Below are positions 1 to 9,155 of a stretch of 64,000 nucleotides of DNA, in pieces (the stretch's first letter is position 1; every line of letters begins with the position of its first letter). Source of the stretch: a virus. The notes beneath the pieces are model-generated. The model made no database searches. It saw nothing but the letters and a program-made list of their open reading frames with translations, and had not been told where the DNA came from. The stretch is taken from IMG/VR virus record IMGVR_UViG_3300042922_000923, positions 32,001-96,000 of that record. The stretch is one strand, 5' to 3'. A program made the position numbers and the translations under genes.

Positions 1-225
1 ACCAAATTGTTTTAAACAAGCTACTGGAGCACTTCCAGCTCCACCAACATTAAAGTGTAATTGAACTTCCTTCCAAAATTCTTCATTGTCTCCTTTTGGT
101 GGAAGAACTCTTATGTTCTGAGCACCTTTTTTAATCTCATAAAATTCGTAATCGCCATTACTAGCCATTCTTTCAGAAATTTCATCTCTTTTAGACTGCA
201 TTTTGTCCATATTCAATTTTCCCAT
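1..225 (-). CDS. Single-stranded DNA-binding protein (gp32-like/Herelleviridae SSB), 5' part only
   Basis: Manual translation MGKLNMDKMQSKRDEISERMASNGDYEFYEIKKGAQNIRVLPPKGDNEEFWKEVQLHFNVGG...; IRVLPP motif; RBS AGAGGGA; downstream of DNA polymerase; runs off window. Confidence 0.75.
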   Translation of the reverse strand, partial: MGKLNMDKMQSKRDEISERMASNGDYEFYEIKKGAQNIRVLPPKGDNEEFWKEVQLHFNVGGAGSAPVACLKQFG

Positions 226-259
226 GACTAAATCCCTCTTTTCTATTATTTTTAACGCG

Positions 260-510
260 TGAGTACTCATTCTAAGTACTTAGATGACTAGTGAATTTGT
301 AGAGTATAGCGTGAATATTTTATAAACATTATGCGTGAGGGAGAATGAGAAGTTTAATTCACTAGTCACCTAAATACTTAGTGCCAAAGCAGCAAAATTA
401 ATAAATAAATTAATTAAAGGAGAATAACATATTATTGGCAAATACATTTAAACGCGATATTTGAAGAAAAAATTTGTAAAAGCTGCTTTGGCAAGAGTGC
501 AAAGCACTCA
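260..510 (-). ncRNA. Structured leader RNA/sRNA upstream of SSB (two abutting long stems with large loops)
   Basis: Inverted repeats 272-297/356-381 (26 bp; both mismatches are G-U on minus strand) and 382-393/482-493 (perfect 12 bp); hairpin 495-509. Confidence 0.6.
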
Positions 511-551
511 ATTAACTAACCAATATTTAGTTTTTTAATTCAATACTTTAA

Positions 552-610
552 CCCCTATATAAATATAAACAACTTAAAATTAAAATTATTTTTTAGTAGT
601 CCACATAGAA
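552..610 (-). promoter_or_regulatory. Phage-specific promoter-like motif copy (TCTAWRTGG-N10-12-ATAATT-N~15-TTTATA)
   Basis: TTCTATGTGG ACTACTAAAAA ATAATT ... TTTATATTTATATAGG. Confidence 0.65.
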
Positions 611-639
611 ACCTTTTTTTCTTTTTTTAAATTTTAGTT

Positions 640-697
640 CCTATATAAATATAAAAGTGAGCTTAATCTAAATTATTAGATCAAACCCACTTAGAAG
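640..697 (-). promoter_or_regulatory. Phage-specific promoter-like motif copy with embedded hairpin/terminator
   Basis: TTCTAAGTGGGTTTGATCTAATAATTTAGATTAAGCTCACTTTTATATTTATATAGG. Confidence 0.65.
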
Positions 698-714
698 AAT
701 TATTTTGTACGTTA

Positions 715-969
715 TTAGTTATGCTGCCTAGAGTATTCTTCTATAATACTTGTCACTTTAGCTTTAGCATCAAGCTCAGTTATGTTATAGTCATATTTTC
801 TATCTTCTAGTACACATAAGGCTTCTATCCAGCTGAGTCCACCACGTTCAGCTAGTCGCTCTATGGTCTGTGCATGGTTTAGTATCGCCTGTTTTTCATG
901 CAATTTTATTAAAGTTAATGGTATGTGTCCCTTTGTCCTTGAATCTAGTATTGGAAATCTATTTTCCAT
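715..969 (-). CDS. Hypothetical phage protein
   Basis: 84 aa ORF, GGGGG RBS, QA..NH.QT.ERLAERGGL motif. Confidence 0.7.
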   Translation of the reverse strand: MENRFPILDSRTKGHIPLTLIKLHEKQAILNHAQTIERLAERGGLSWIEALCVLEDRKYDYNITELDAKAKVTSIIEEYSRQHN

Positions 970-998
970 GTTACTTCCCCCCTTTTTAATATTGTGTA

Positions 999-1169
999 CT
1001 ATTCACTTTTTTCAGTTTCAAAAGAAATTATAGTTTTAAATTTTACTGCAAATTGTCTTTCACATTCTTCACAATCTGTTATAAATTCACCTTCCATGTC
1101 ATTTGGTTCAATATAATCTAACCCATCATGCTCATGTCCACACCAAGGGCATTTAATAGGAAAATCCAT
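999..1169 (-). CDS. Small zinc-ribbon protein (56 aa)
   Basis: Manual translation MDFPIKCPWCGHEHDG...CEECERQF; RBS GAGGTG. Confidence 0.65.
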   Translation of the reverse strand: MDFPIKCPWCGHEHDGLDYIEPNDMEGEFITDCEECERQFAVKFKTIISFETEKSE

Positions 1170-1213
1170 TTCATATCACCTCACTTTTGTTCAAATTTTC
1201 TACATATGACGTA

Positions 1214-1354
1214 TTACTCTTCATCTTTACATCTGTCACAGATATGGTCCCCTTGAATGCCACAGTACTCACAATAAGTCTTCCCACAACATTCACAAGT
1301 ATCTAATTCCTCCATTTCATAGTCACAATATCCACAAAACATATTTTCTTCCAT
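1214..1354 (-). CDS. Small Cys-rich protein (46 aa)
   Basis: Manual translation MEENMFCGYCDYEMEELDTCECCGKTYCEYCGIQGDHICDRCKDEE; RBS GAGGTGAGG. Confidence 0.6.
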   Translation of the reverse strand: MEENMFCGYCDYEMEELDTCECCGKTYCEYCGIQGDHICDRCKDEE

Positions 1355-1406
1355 CTAAACCTCACCTCGAATTATAATTCACCTACTTTAATTTTATAGA
1401 AGATAG

Positions 1407-1562
1407 CTACTTTTCTATTATTAATTCCTTTATTCCATATCCTGTATGGTCTAAAATTACTATGCTTTTACCATCTTTGGTACATAATTCACACATAGGG
1501 AAGTCCTTAAGTATTTCTATTATGTCGCTTATAACCATTTCGCTACAATCTACAGTCTCCAT
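1407..1562 (-). CDS. Hypothetical protein (51 aa)
   Basis: Manual ORF METVDCSEMV..., RBS GGGTGA, fills gap in operon. Confidence 0.4.
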   Translation of the reverse strand: METVDCSEMVISDIIEILKDFPMCELCTKDGKSIVILDHTGYGIKELIIEK

Positions 1563-1845
1563 CCAATTTTTCACCCCTTCCAGAGTATTCTTTCATTTTA
1601 TTATTCCTTAGAAAATCTCTTGCTTTTGTTAAATCATAAATTTCATAGCCTTGTTTTTCAAAGTATTCTAGTCCTATAAGCGAATCAAATCCTTGATAGA
1701 TATAATTACATTTAAACGTGCTGCCCTCAAAGGAGTATTCTTTTTTAATTATTAAATAGTTATGGTTCTGTTCAATAGCTTCTTTAACAATTCTTTCTGT
1801 ATTCTTCATTGTATCTAATGCAATTTGATGCATAATGCTCTCCAT
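1543..1845 (-). CDS. Hypothetical protein
   Basis: 100 aa ORF, AAGGAGG RBS. Confidence 0.7.
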   Translation of the reverse strand: MESIMHQIALDTMKNTERIVKEAIEQNHNYLIIKKEYSFEGSTFKCNYIYQGFDSLIGLEYFEKQGYEIYDLTKARDFLRNNKMKEYSGRGEKLDGDCRL

Positions 1846-1875
1846 CTAATTTTCCTCCTTTTTTAGTATAATGAA

Positions 1876-2064
1876 CTAACCTTCTAAGTCATATTCTTTC
1901 TTTAGTTTCTCTATATCCAATTCAAAATCTGCATAATTATCGCACCAATCATTTTTACATTCAGGATAACCACATTCTCTATTACCATGTTTACATATCG
2001 AAGTACACGCTGTTTCATTTAATAATGCCTTAATTAATAATCGCTCTGTTGTCATATCATTCAT
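1876..2064 (-). CDS. Small Cys-containing hypothetical protein
   Basis: 62 aa ORF with RBS. Confidence 0.6.
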   Translation of the reverse strand: MNDMTTERLLIKALLNETACTSICKHGNRECGYPECKNDWCDNYADFELDIEKLKKEYDLEG

Positions 2065-2147
2065 AATTTTTCTTCACCCTTTTTTCCATTATACTTAAAA
2101 TAACAATGTTAACTTTTTAGGATTTTCATGTAATTTTGTCAACCATC

Positions 2148-2363
2148 CTACAGGTTCCTTCTATGATAATGTCTGTAAATATCAGCTCTGCACTCTGTAC
2201 AAGGGTGCAATTTAGGATCATGATTTTTAGAGCTGCTTAAATGAAGTACTCTTGTGTTATATTCCTTACACACATGATTTTTACTATTATCTTTTAATTT
2301 TAGTTGTTCCTGTTCTGTCATATTAAGATTAATGCAGTTATTACAATCTATACCTTCACCCAT
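2148..2363 (-). CDS. Small Cys-rich hypothetical protein
   Basis: 71 aa, CNNC...C...CTEC; GAGGTG RBS. Confidence 0.6.
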   Translation of the reverse strand: MGEGIDCNNCINLNMTEQEQLKLKDNSKNHVCKEYNTRVLHLSSSKNHDPKLHPCTECRADIYRHYHRRNL

Positions 2364-2386
2364 TGTTTCACCTCAATTCTAATATA

Positions 2387-2590
2387 TTAAAAACACATCA
2401 TAGTTATTGTAATTACTTTTTTACTATTCTTTTTTTTATAGCATTCATAATAATTAAGGTAATCGTGTTCCTGATTTATCTTTCTAAAACCTGCAACGCG
2501 CAATTCATGTACCTTTTTTCTGAAATTTTTCCAAGCGTCTTGATCCCATTCTTTAAAAATAAAATCACCATAAACCATATTTATATGCAT
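2387..2590 (-). CDS. Hypothetical protein
   Basis: 67 aa ORF, GAGGAGG RBS. Confidence 0.6.
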   Translation of the reverse strand: MHINMVYGDFIFKEWDQDAWKNFRKKVHELRVAGFRKINQEHDYLNYYECYKKKNSKKVITITMMCF

Positions 2591-2614
2591 AACATTGACC
2601 TCCTCAAATAAATA

Positions 2615-5359
2615 TTACCAACCTACCTCTTTTTTGTAGTTATCAATCATTTCTGGAGTATAATTTAATTTTTTCTTTAAATAAGAATATGCCTTTTCTT
2701 TCTTCTTTTCTTCTTGTTTCTTGCACCATGCTTTAAAATTAGCAACATTTGTTAAGCCTTGTAGATCCTCAAGCTCCACACCAGCAGCAGAACCATAATC
2801 TTTTCCAAGTTCTAACTCAGCAACTAAAGGTACTTCAACATCAAACCAACCATCAAAAGCAGCTTCCATTATTTCTTTACACTTTGTTGCAACTTCTAAT
2901 AATTCAGGAATATAAATATCAAATACAATAGAGTCATGTACAGTACAAACCATCATAGATTTTTTCTTAGTTTTCTTTAACCAATTAACTATATTAATAA
3001 TAGAAATTAAAGTACAATATGAACCAGTTCCTTGAATAGGAGAGTTCTTAGCTTGTCTTTCAGCATTAGCCTGAACGCCTCTATCTCTAGAATGAATGTT
3101 AGGTAATCTTCTCCTAAATCCAAACATATTTTCAACGTATCCCTTACGTTTACAGTCTGCAACTATATTCTCAAGCCACTTTGCAAGCTCAGGATGCGCC
3201 TTTTTAAAGTTTTCAAGTAGTTCATTTCCTGCTTTTAAAGCTTTCTTTAAAGGATAATTGTAGGGAGGTTTAGTGTATATTTCTCTTCCAAAAGTATTAC
3301 CACCCTTACCATATATACAACCAAATCCCACAGCCTTAGCAGCAGTTCTCATGTCTCCTGTAACTTCTTCTAATGGTACTTTCCATGTATCTGATGCAGT
3401 CTTAGTATGAGCATCCTCACCATTCTTATAAGCTTGTATATAGACCTTATCTCCTGATATAATTCCACCTATTCTTATCTCTAATTGAGAATAGTCCAGA
3501 TTCAGTATGCAGCCAAAGTCTCCAAATCTACTATTAAACATTCCTTTAGGTTCATATTTATACTGGAATAACGTAGGATTATCTACATGTCTAGGCAGTT
3601 GTTGAGCATTAGGATTTATACTTGCAAGTCTACATGTTTCAGTTCCTGTAAGTAGAAAACTAGGGTGTATACAGTCGTTCTTATCCTTCATATCTGGTAT
3701 CTTATCTATGAACATATCTTTAAGTATCTTTAGCTTTCTATACTCAACTAGCTTTTCTGGAATAGGGTGTTGTGTTGCTAATTCCTCTAGTGCCTCCTTA
3801 TTTGTTGATAATTCTCCTTCTTTAGTCTTTATCTCACATTCAAGGCCTAATACTTCATAGAATAGCTCTTTAAGCTGATTAGGAGAACTCCAGTTAAACT
3901 TATATTCTTTATACTTTTGAGTCTTCTTTATAAAGTCAACTTGCTCTTTATTCCTTTGTTTTGCTGGAACAGATTTAAGAAGGGCCTGTCTTTTTGCATA
4001 TAGTTCTCTTTTATCTCTTTCTATCCTAGCTATCTCAGGATAACTATTTAATTCATCAACAACTTTTCTTAATTCAATTTCGTATGCCTTTTGATATATA
4101 GCAACCTTTTCAAGATTCATGTGCATACCCCATTCTTCAACCTGAAGAAGTGCATAAGATGCAGGTATATATATTTCTTCCATGATTCTCTTCCATTTAG
4201 GATTAGCATCAATCTTAGGTTTAAATATGTGTAGTAATCTAAGTGCACAATCAGCATCGGCTGCACCATAAGGTGATAGTATACTCCAAGGAATAAGCTC
4301 ATAGTTACCTCTATCAGCCTCAGGAAGCGTTTCTTTGAATGCATCTAGATCATTATCATATCCTCCCATGTCTGTGAACTCCCAGGCCATATTTTTTAAA
4401 CCTTGAGTACCTTTTCTTTCAGAGATACATAAATAGTGAGCAAGCATTGGATCAAATAAGAAATTAACTACATGAATATCTAAAGTCACTTCCATGTACA
4501 TGATATCGAACATTCCATTTTGAGCTAACTTTTTGATAATAGGATTTTCTAAAAGCTTCTTTAATCGTGCTACTATTCTTAGTATATCTTTATGCTCTAT
4601 TGGAGATTCCCTATGGAATAATGGTATTATAGTTCCTGTCCTTTCTTTATTAGATAAAGATATACATATGACTTTAGCGTTATCTGCATAAGGATTATTA
4701 CCTGTAGATTCAATATCGAAAGATAACCATTCAAGCTCTGGATCTTCTGATGTGCATTCTGTTCCAAATCTATCAAGCTCTGAAAGTGCATCTTCTACAT
4801 TATCTATGACTTTGTATCCAACTTTTGATACCTTTGGCATTCCATTTTCATAGATATCTTTTAAATTATCTAAGTCACCTTGAATTAGAGGTCTGTTTGC
4901 AGGATTACGTGATATAGTAGATGGATGCAGTATTGGAAATACAATGATACCATCGCTCCTAGTAAATGCTTTTCCTCTAAACTTATTAATATTAACTTTT
5001 CCAAGTACATTTTTTAAAGCTGCATCCCCTAAAGGCACTATAATTTCAGGTTTAATAAGACTAATTTCAGTGTTTAAATGAGGCCTACATGCTGTCATAT
5101 TCTTTTGAGTTAATTTTTTATCTTTTATTTCAGGACATTTGATTGCGTATGTGCAATAAATATCATCTTCACTTATTCCTCTTTTTTCAAGTGCTTTTAT
5201 AAGGTTAATAGCTGCTTTTGTTCTAAAAACTACACCATTAACATTTTCGCTTCGCGCTGGTGTATCAGCAACTAGCATTACTTTTGCAGTATAACTTCCA
5301 CTGCCTAATTGACAAGGCATTGGAGCAAATGTTCCTAAGTTACATTTTTTACAGTCCAT
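2615..5359 (-). CDS. polA: Family A DNA polymerase with N-terminal uracil-DNA glycosylase-like domain and 3'-5' exonuclease
   Basis: UDG4-like CKKC..., HPS motif; exo I DIES, exo III YGAAD; pol motifs LDYSQLEIR, RTAAKAVGFGCIYG, NSPIQG, VHDS. Confidence 0.95.
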   Translation of the reverse strand: MDCKKCNLGTFAPMPCQLGSGSYTAKVMLVADTPARSENVNGVVFRTKAAINLIKALEKRGISEDDIYCTYAIKCPEIKDKKLTQKNMTACRPHLNTEISLIKPEIIVPLGDAALKNVLGKVNINKFRGKAFTRSDGIIVFPILHPSTISRNPANRPLIQGDLDNLKDIYENGMPKVSKVGYKVIDNVEDALSELDRFGTECTSEDPELEWLSFDIESTGNNPYADNAKVICISLSNKERTGTIIPLFHRESPIEHKDILRIVARLKKLLENPIIKKLAQNGMFDIMYMEVTLDIHVVNFLFDPMLAHYLCISERKGTQGLKNMAWEFTDMGGYDNDLDAFKETLPEADRGNYELIPWSILSPYGAADADCALRLLHIFKPKIDANPKWKRIMEEIYIPASYALLQVEEWGMHMNLEKVAIYQKAYEIELRKVVDELNSYPEIARIERDKRELYAKRQALLKSVPAKQRNKEQVDFIKKTQKYKEYKFNWSSPNQLKELFYEVLGLECEIKTKEGELSTNKEALEELATQHPIPEKLVEYRKLKILKDMFIDKIPDMKDKNDCIHPSFLLTGTETCRLASINPNAQQLPRHVDNPTLFQYKYEPKGMFNSRFGDFGCILNLDYSQLEIRIGGIISGDKVYIQAYKNGEDAHTKTASDTWKVPLEEVTGDMRTAAKAVGFGCIYGKGGNTFGREIYTKPPYNYPLKKALKAGNELLENFKKAHPELAKWLENIVADCKRKGYVENMFGFRRRLPNIHSRDRGVQANAERQAKNSPIQGTGSYCTLISIINIVNWLKKTKKKSMMVCTVHDSIVFDIYIPELLEVATKCKEIMEAAFDGWFDVEVPLVAELELGKDYGSAAGVELEDLQGLTNVANFKAWCKKQEEKKKEKAYSYLKKKLNYTPEMIDNYKKEVGW

Positions 5360-5370
5360 AATAAAATCCT

Positions 5371-5429
5371 CCTTATATATGTATAAAGAGGATTTAACAG
5401 AAATTATTTAAAATACTTCCACTTAGAAA
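5371..5429 (-). promoter_or_regulatory. Phage-specific promoter-like motif upstream of DNA polymerase
   Basis: TTCTAAGTGG AAGTATTTTAA ATAATT ... TTTATACATATATAAGGAGG. Confidence 0.65.
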
Positions 5430-5505
5430 AATAAAGACCAACTAAAAGTCAGCCTTTATTTTAACTATAATTTTATTCAGTTAATTATATTAAGAAGTTT
5501 TTTCA

Positions 5506-5865
5506 CTATTCTTTTACTGGAACAGGCCTCCAAGCCTCAGGATCTAATTTAGAAGCTGCATTTTTAAGTTCAGTTCCACCTTTAATGGAAACACCAACAG
5601 TTTCTGGAATTAAATTTTTTTGCTTTTTAGAAATGTCGTTAGCTTCTCTTGCTGCTCTATAAATTGGTGTTGCTATAAAATAGCCTGTTAATTGCACAGC
5701 TTCTCCCTTGCCAATATGACTAGCTACAAATTCTTTCTCTGCATTCATAATAGCTTTAACAGTATCCTTTGGAAACTTAGTTTTCTCCATAATTTCTTTT
5801 ACTATTACCTCAGTAGTAACCTTTGGTGCAACTACTTTTTTTGTTTTAGTTTTTTCTGTTTTCAT
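5506..5865 (-). CDS. HU/IHF-family DNA-binding protein (TF1-like)
   Basis: GEAVQLTGYF...RAAREA...IPE..V.IK.G.ELK pattern; upstream of polymerase as in SPO1-like phages. Confidence 0.85.
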   Translation of the reverse strand: MKTEKTKTKKVVAPKVTTEVIVKEIMEKTKFPKDTVKAIMNAEKEFVASHIGKGEAVQLTGYFIATPIYRAAREANDISKKQKNLIPETVGVSIKGGTELKNAASKLDPEAWRPVPVKE

Positions 5866-6012
5866 GGTAATTCCTCCAATATCTATATTAAAACTTAGCT
5901 TAAGACGATTATCTTAGCTCTTTTTTATTATATACACTATTTTTTCCAGTTACTCCTATTATTTATATATTTTTTATTATTTTACCAAAATTCCAATGTG
6001 TAGTCAATGTTG

Positions 6013-6210
6013 CTAGTCATTTTCATAGGAGTATTCAATCAAAGCTAGTAAGTCATCTTTAGGTAATCCTAAGTCTTTGAACGATTTTATTGTAGAAACT
6101 AACATGTTAGATAAAGTATCTATAGTTTCTCCTTTAATATCTGCTTTTATAGTCCCATTTTTAGTAACATTTACTAAAATATGGTTCTTTGAATTAAATG
6201 TAGCTATCAT
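6013..6210 (-). CDS. Hypothetical protein
   Basis: 65 aa ORF with RBS. Confidence 0.55.
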   Translation of the reverse strand: MIATFNSKNHILVNVTKNGTIKADIKGETIDTLSNMLVSTIKSFKDLGLPKDDLLALIEYSYEND

Positions 6211-6258
6211 AGAGCACTTTCAACTCCCTTTACTATTTTATAATTATTAATCTTTATA

Positions 6259-6723
6259 CTACCATTTTATTAAGCCTTTCTCACCTGCTGATTCAAGTCC
6301 AGTTTTTGCAGGTCCAAATAGCTCCAATTTCTTAATTTCATCAGGATACATCCATACCCACCCACTCATTTCAGAAGGTTGAGGCTTAACTTCACCTGAG
6401 AAACTATGTGTTATAAACATAAATGATATCCACATCTTTTCCTCATTACCTGATCCTCCATTATTATACGCGCCTACGTGTACATCATAACAGTCTAAAT
6501 TTTTAACATCTAAGTTACATTCTTCCTTTACTTCTCTTATTGCCCCTTCAAGCACTGTTTCTTGTGTGTCCGTTTTCCCTCCAGGAGTTCCCCATGTTCT
6601 AGTATCAGTTCTAACGCCTACAAGTATTTGTCCTTGTTTATTTACAATAATGACTCCAGCTCCCCAGTTTTCACCTGCTTTTTTTCTTAGTTGTGTTATG
6701 GTCCTTTTGTCTATTTCGTTCAA
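6259..6723 (-). CDS. Nudix hydrolase
   Basis: Nudix box GGKTDTQETVLEGAIREVKEE. Confidence 0.9.
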   Translation of the reverse strand: MNEIDKRTITQLRKKAGENWGAGVIIVNKQGQILVGVRTDTRTWGTPGGKTDTQETVLEGAIREVKEECNLDVKNLDCYDVHVGAYNNGGSGNEEKMWISFMFITHSFSGEVKPQPSEMSGWVWMYPDEIKKLELFGPAKTGLESAGEKGLIKW

Positions 6724-7126
6724 TATCTTCAGTCCCTTCCATTACTTCTTCAATGTAACCACATTTATCAGAGTATAGATATCTACTATTCTCTTTACCA
6801 GGTACTTCACCATACCAAGGAAACTCAGAACAAACTCTAGGCCTAGTCTCATGAACAGTACACAAATTTTTAGATTCATCAAATTTAGTACAAGTATAAT
6901 AAAATACTTTATCAGAATCATAAAAAGGCCAAGTTTTTAAATAAGGATTAATTTCTAAGGCTTTTTCCATAGTAATAGGTTTCCAAAATAAATAGGCAAA
7001 TTCCATATCTGTATAGTTATCTATGGATTTTGGAAAATCACCAGTCCATATTCTATTTGCAATATATTCAGGACTTAAGTTTATTCTTATTACTCTACAG
7101 CAATTTCCACACATCTTACAAGGCAT
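6671..7126 (-). CDS. YkgJ-family CxxCxxCC cysteine-cluster protein
   Basis: CKMCGNCC ... CTKFD..NLCTVHETRPRVCSEFP. Confidence 0.85.
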   Translation of the reverse strand: MPCKMCGNCCRVIRINLSPEYIANRIWTGDFPKSIDNYTDMEFAYLFWKPITMEKALEINPYLKTWPFYDSDKVFYYTCTKFDESKNLCTVHETRPRVCSEFPWYGEVPGKENSRYLYSDKCGYIEEVMEGTEDIERNRQKDHNTTKKKSR

Positions 7127-7725
7127 TATGAAACTAAACCTTCTTTCATCATATAATTTCTTAGCTTCTTAACTGCCCTTGCATCAAGTCTGGAAACATA
7201 AGATTGTGTTAATCCTATAGCATTAGCCACTTGAACTTGAGTATAGTTTTTAAAATATCTATATTCAATAATTTCTCTTTCTTTTTCAGAAAGGGTTTTT
7301 AAGGCACATATAAGTAGCTCTTTATTTTCAATAGATTCGTATGAATCTTCATTATATTCAAGCATTTCTGATAGAGATACCTTGTCATTAGTAGTATAAT
7401 CCACAACTATAGGTGCATCTAAATATGCTAGATTTATACGTTGAAATTTTGTACTATTAATTCGTCCAGCATAAACAAATTTATCAGCATGTACATAGTT
7501 ATAAATATAACCAACAATAAATTTTGAAGCATAAGTAGAAAACTGAATATTCTTCTTAGGATCAAAACGTTTAGATGCACTTATTAGACCTAAAGTTCCT
7601 ATTTGAATTAGTTCATCTTGAGAGTATATATCCTTGAATTTTGGATATAATGTTTTGTGAACTAAGCTATAAACCAATTTTAAATTTTCCTCTATTCCAC
7701 TACCTCTTTCCTTTGTTTCATTCAT
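7126..7725 (-). CDS. Sigma-70 family factor, SigF/SigG-like
   Basis: Region 2 ENLKLVYSLV..DELIQIGTLGLISASKRFDP..FSTYA; region 4 LSEKEREIIEYRYFKNYTQVQVANAIGLTQSYVSRL. Confidence 0.9.
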   Translation of the reverse strand: MNETKERGSGIEENLKLVYSLVHKTLYPKFKDIYSQDELIQIGTLGLISASKRFDPKKNIQFSTYASKFIVGYIYNYVHADKFVYAGRINSTKFQRINLAYLDAPIVVDYTTNDKVSLSEMLEYNEDSYESIENKELLICALKTLSEKEREIIEYRYFKNYTQVQVANAIGLTQSYVSRLDARAVKKLRNYMMKEGLVS

Positions 7726-8614
7726 GTAAACTAAACACTCCTTTACTTGTTTTGGTAGCCTCTTTTAATTTAATTCCTCTACAATGACTACAATTTCCAC
7801 ATATAGATATATTGTCATTTTTAACTATATAGCTTATATCCTCTAATATAGCATCTTTATACCACTTAGCGCATTCCCACATGTTTGTAGATGAATTAAG
7901 CACAAAGTAATCTGAATCTAATCTTTCCGGTATTTTTAACTGTGAATTATTAAATGTTACATAATCTTTAGCATTCAATATTCTCGCAAGTTTAATAAAA
8001 TTTATAATAACATGATTATATGCTTTCTTTTCTGCAACTAATGTTGTTAAAATATCTTTTAATTGTGTCACTTGAGGTATTATAGGATCTATGCAAAGTA
8101 TAACATATAATCCATGCATTTTAGCTTTATACAGTAATTTTCTTAAGGCTTGTATTCTTTTATACTCAGTACTATTTATATAGTCAGACTGTACATTAGA
8201 AATCTGACTTAAATTACATTGCATAATATTAAAAGGATTGGTACTTAAGTCTTTAAGTATATCTGCTGAAAGGTCCCTGTCTGTTTCAATATACATTGGA
8301 GCATTGTAGCTGGATAATTTATTTACTATCCAGCTTACAAATTTCAAGTTGTTTAGGGTATTAACATTAATATAGAAATAAGGTGTCTTTACAGATTCTT
8401 TTAGATACTTTTCAATTATTCTTTTTGATACATTAGTAAATTTATTTACATATATAAACTTATTTCCTGTACAATCAGTAATATTGAATAATCTATCTTT
8501 TCCTTCTAGATTTTCATTTACTGGACACGATGAACTCCTTATGTTATAAATCTTTGAAGGTTGATGTATAGACTTTCTTATATTTATTATTGAAACTCTT
8601 TTCATATCATTCAC
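7718..8614 (-). CDS. Degenerate radical-SAM/SPL-like fold protein lacking CxxxCxxC
   Basis: RIQALRKL...GLYVILCIDPIIPQVT resembles SPL/DUF1848-type barrels; no canonical triad; C-terminal CGNCSHC. Confidence 0.45.
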   Translation of the reverse strand: MNDMKRVSIINIRKSIHQPSKIYNIRSSSCPVNENLEGKDRLFNITDCTGNKFIYVNKFTNVSKRIIEKYLKESVKTPYFYINVNTLNNLKFVSWIVNKLSSYNAPMYIETDRDLSADILKDLSTNPFNIMQCNLSQISNVQSDYINSTEYKRIQALRKLLYKAKMHGLYVILCIDPIIPQVTQLKDILTTLVAEKKAYNHVIINFIKLARILNAKDYVTFNNSQLKIPERLDSDYFVLNSSTNMWECAKWYKDAILEDISYIVKNDNISICGNCSHCRGIKLKEATKTSKGVFSLHE

Positions 8615-8972
8615 CTTTGCTTACATATGTCTTCTTCAATGCCATTGTAAGTCTCATTCTTCTAATTCCTTGATTATTAAATCTTTGCCAAGAAGGATCT
8701 GCCTGTCTCTCATTAGCTAATTTTTCTAAGTCCTCCATAGACATATTCTTAAAATCTGGATATTGAACTGAATTTATTTTATCACTCTTAGTTTTATTAG
8801 AAAGTTCCTTAGAAACTTTATCTGCTAATGGTAATTCTGGTTTTAAAACTTTTCCTGAAGTAAGCGCTTTGCATTCTTTATTACAGAAACATAGCTTGCA
8901 TTCTTTAATATCTGCATCAAAAGCTTTCCCATAACATTGTGACTCTTTTTTTAATTGTTCTATTGTATTCAT
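8607..8972 (-). CDS. Conserved phage hypothetical protein (Cys cluster)
   Basis: CYGKAFDADIKECKLCFCNKEC; start refined to MNTIEQ by GGAGTG RBS. Confidence 0.7.
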   Translation of the reverse strand: MNTIEQLKKESQCYGKAFDADIKECKLCFCNKECKALTSGKVLKPELPLADKVSKELSNKTKSDKINSVQYPDFKNMSMEDLEKLANERQADPSWQRFNNQGIRRMRLTMALKKTYVSKGE

Positions 8973-9000
8973 TTTAATATCACTCCAAATTACTTCTTTA

Positions 9001-9053
9001 ACTATTATAAAGATAATAAATTTCAAATTATTTTTTGATTAGTCCATATAGAC
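9001..9053 (-). promoter_or_regulatory. Phage-specific promoter-like motif copy
   Basis: TCTATATGG ACTAATCAAAAA ATAATT ... TTTATAAT. Confidence 0.55.
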
Positions 9054-9085
9054 ACGAATTAACTCAATATGATATTATGTTATTT

Positions 9086-9148
9086 ACGCATACACGCGTT
9101 TATCAAATCTTCTAAAGTATTAGCTATAACTTCACAAGATTTGATAAA
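9086..9148. repeat. Inverted-repeat element
   Basis: TTTATCAAATCTT 9099-9111 / AAGATTTGATAAA 9136-9148, preceded by ACGCATACACGCGT. Confidence 0.6.
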
Positions 9149-9155
9149 TCATTAG

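Noticed and set aside
260-510. CRISPR-like or guide-RNA array
   Set aside because: The repeats are inverted and differ from each other; there are no direct repeat-spacer units and no Cas-like or recombinase gene adjacent
2615-5359. Intron/intein in polymerase or helicases; hypermodified-base machinery
   Set aside because: ORFs are continuous and of normal length; the UDG-polymerase fusion is already known in SPO1/Twort-like phages; no base-modification enzymes seen
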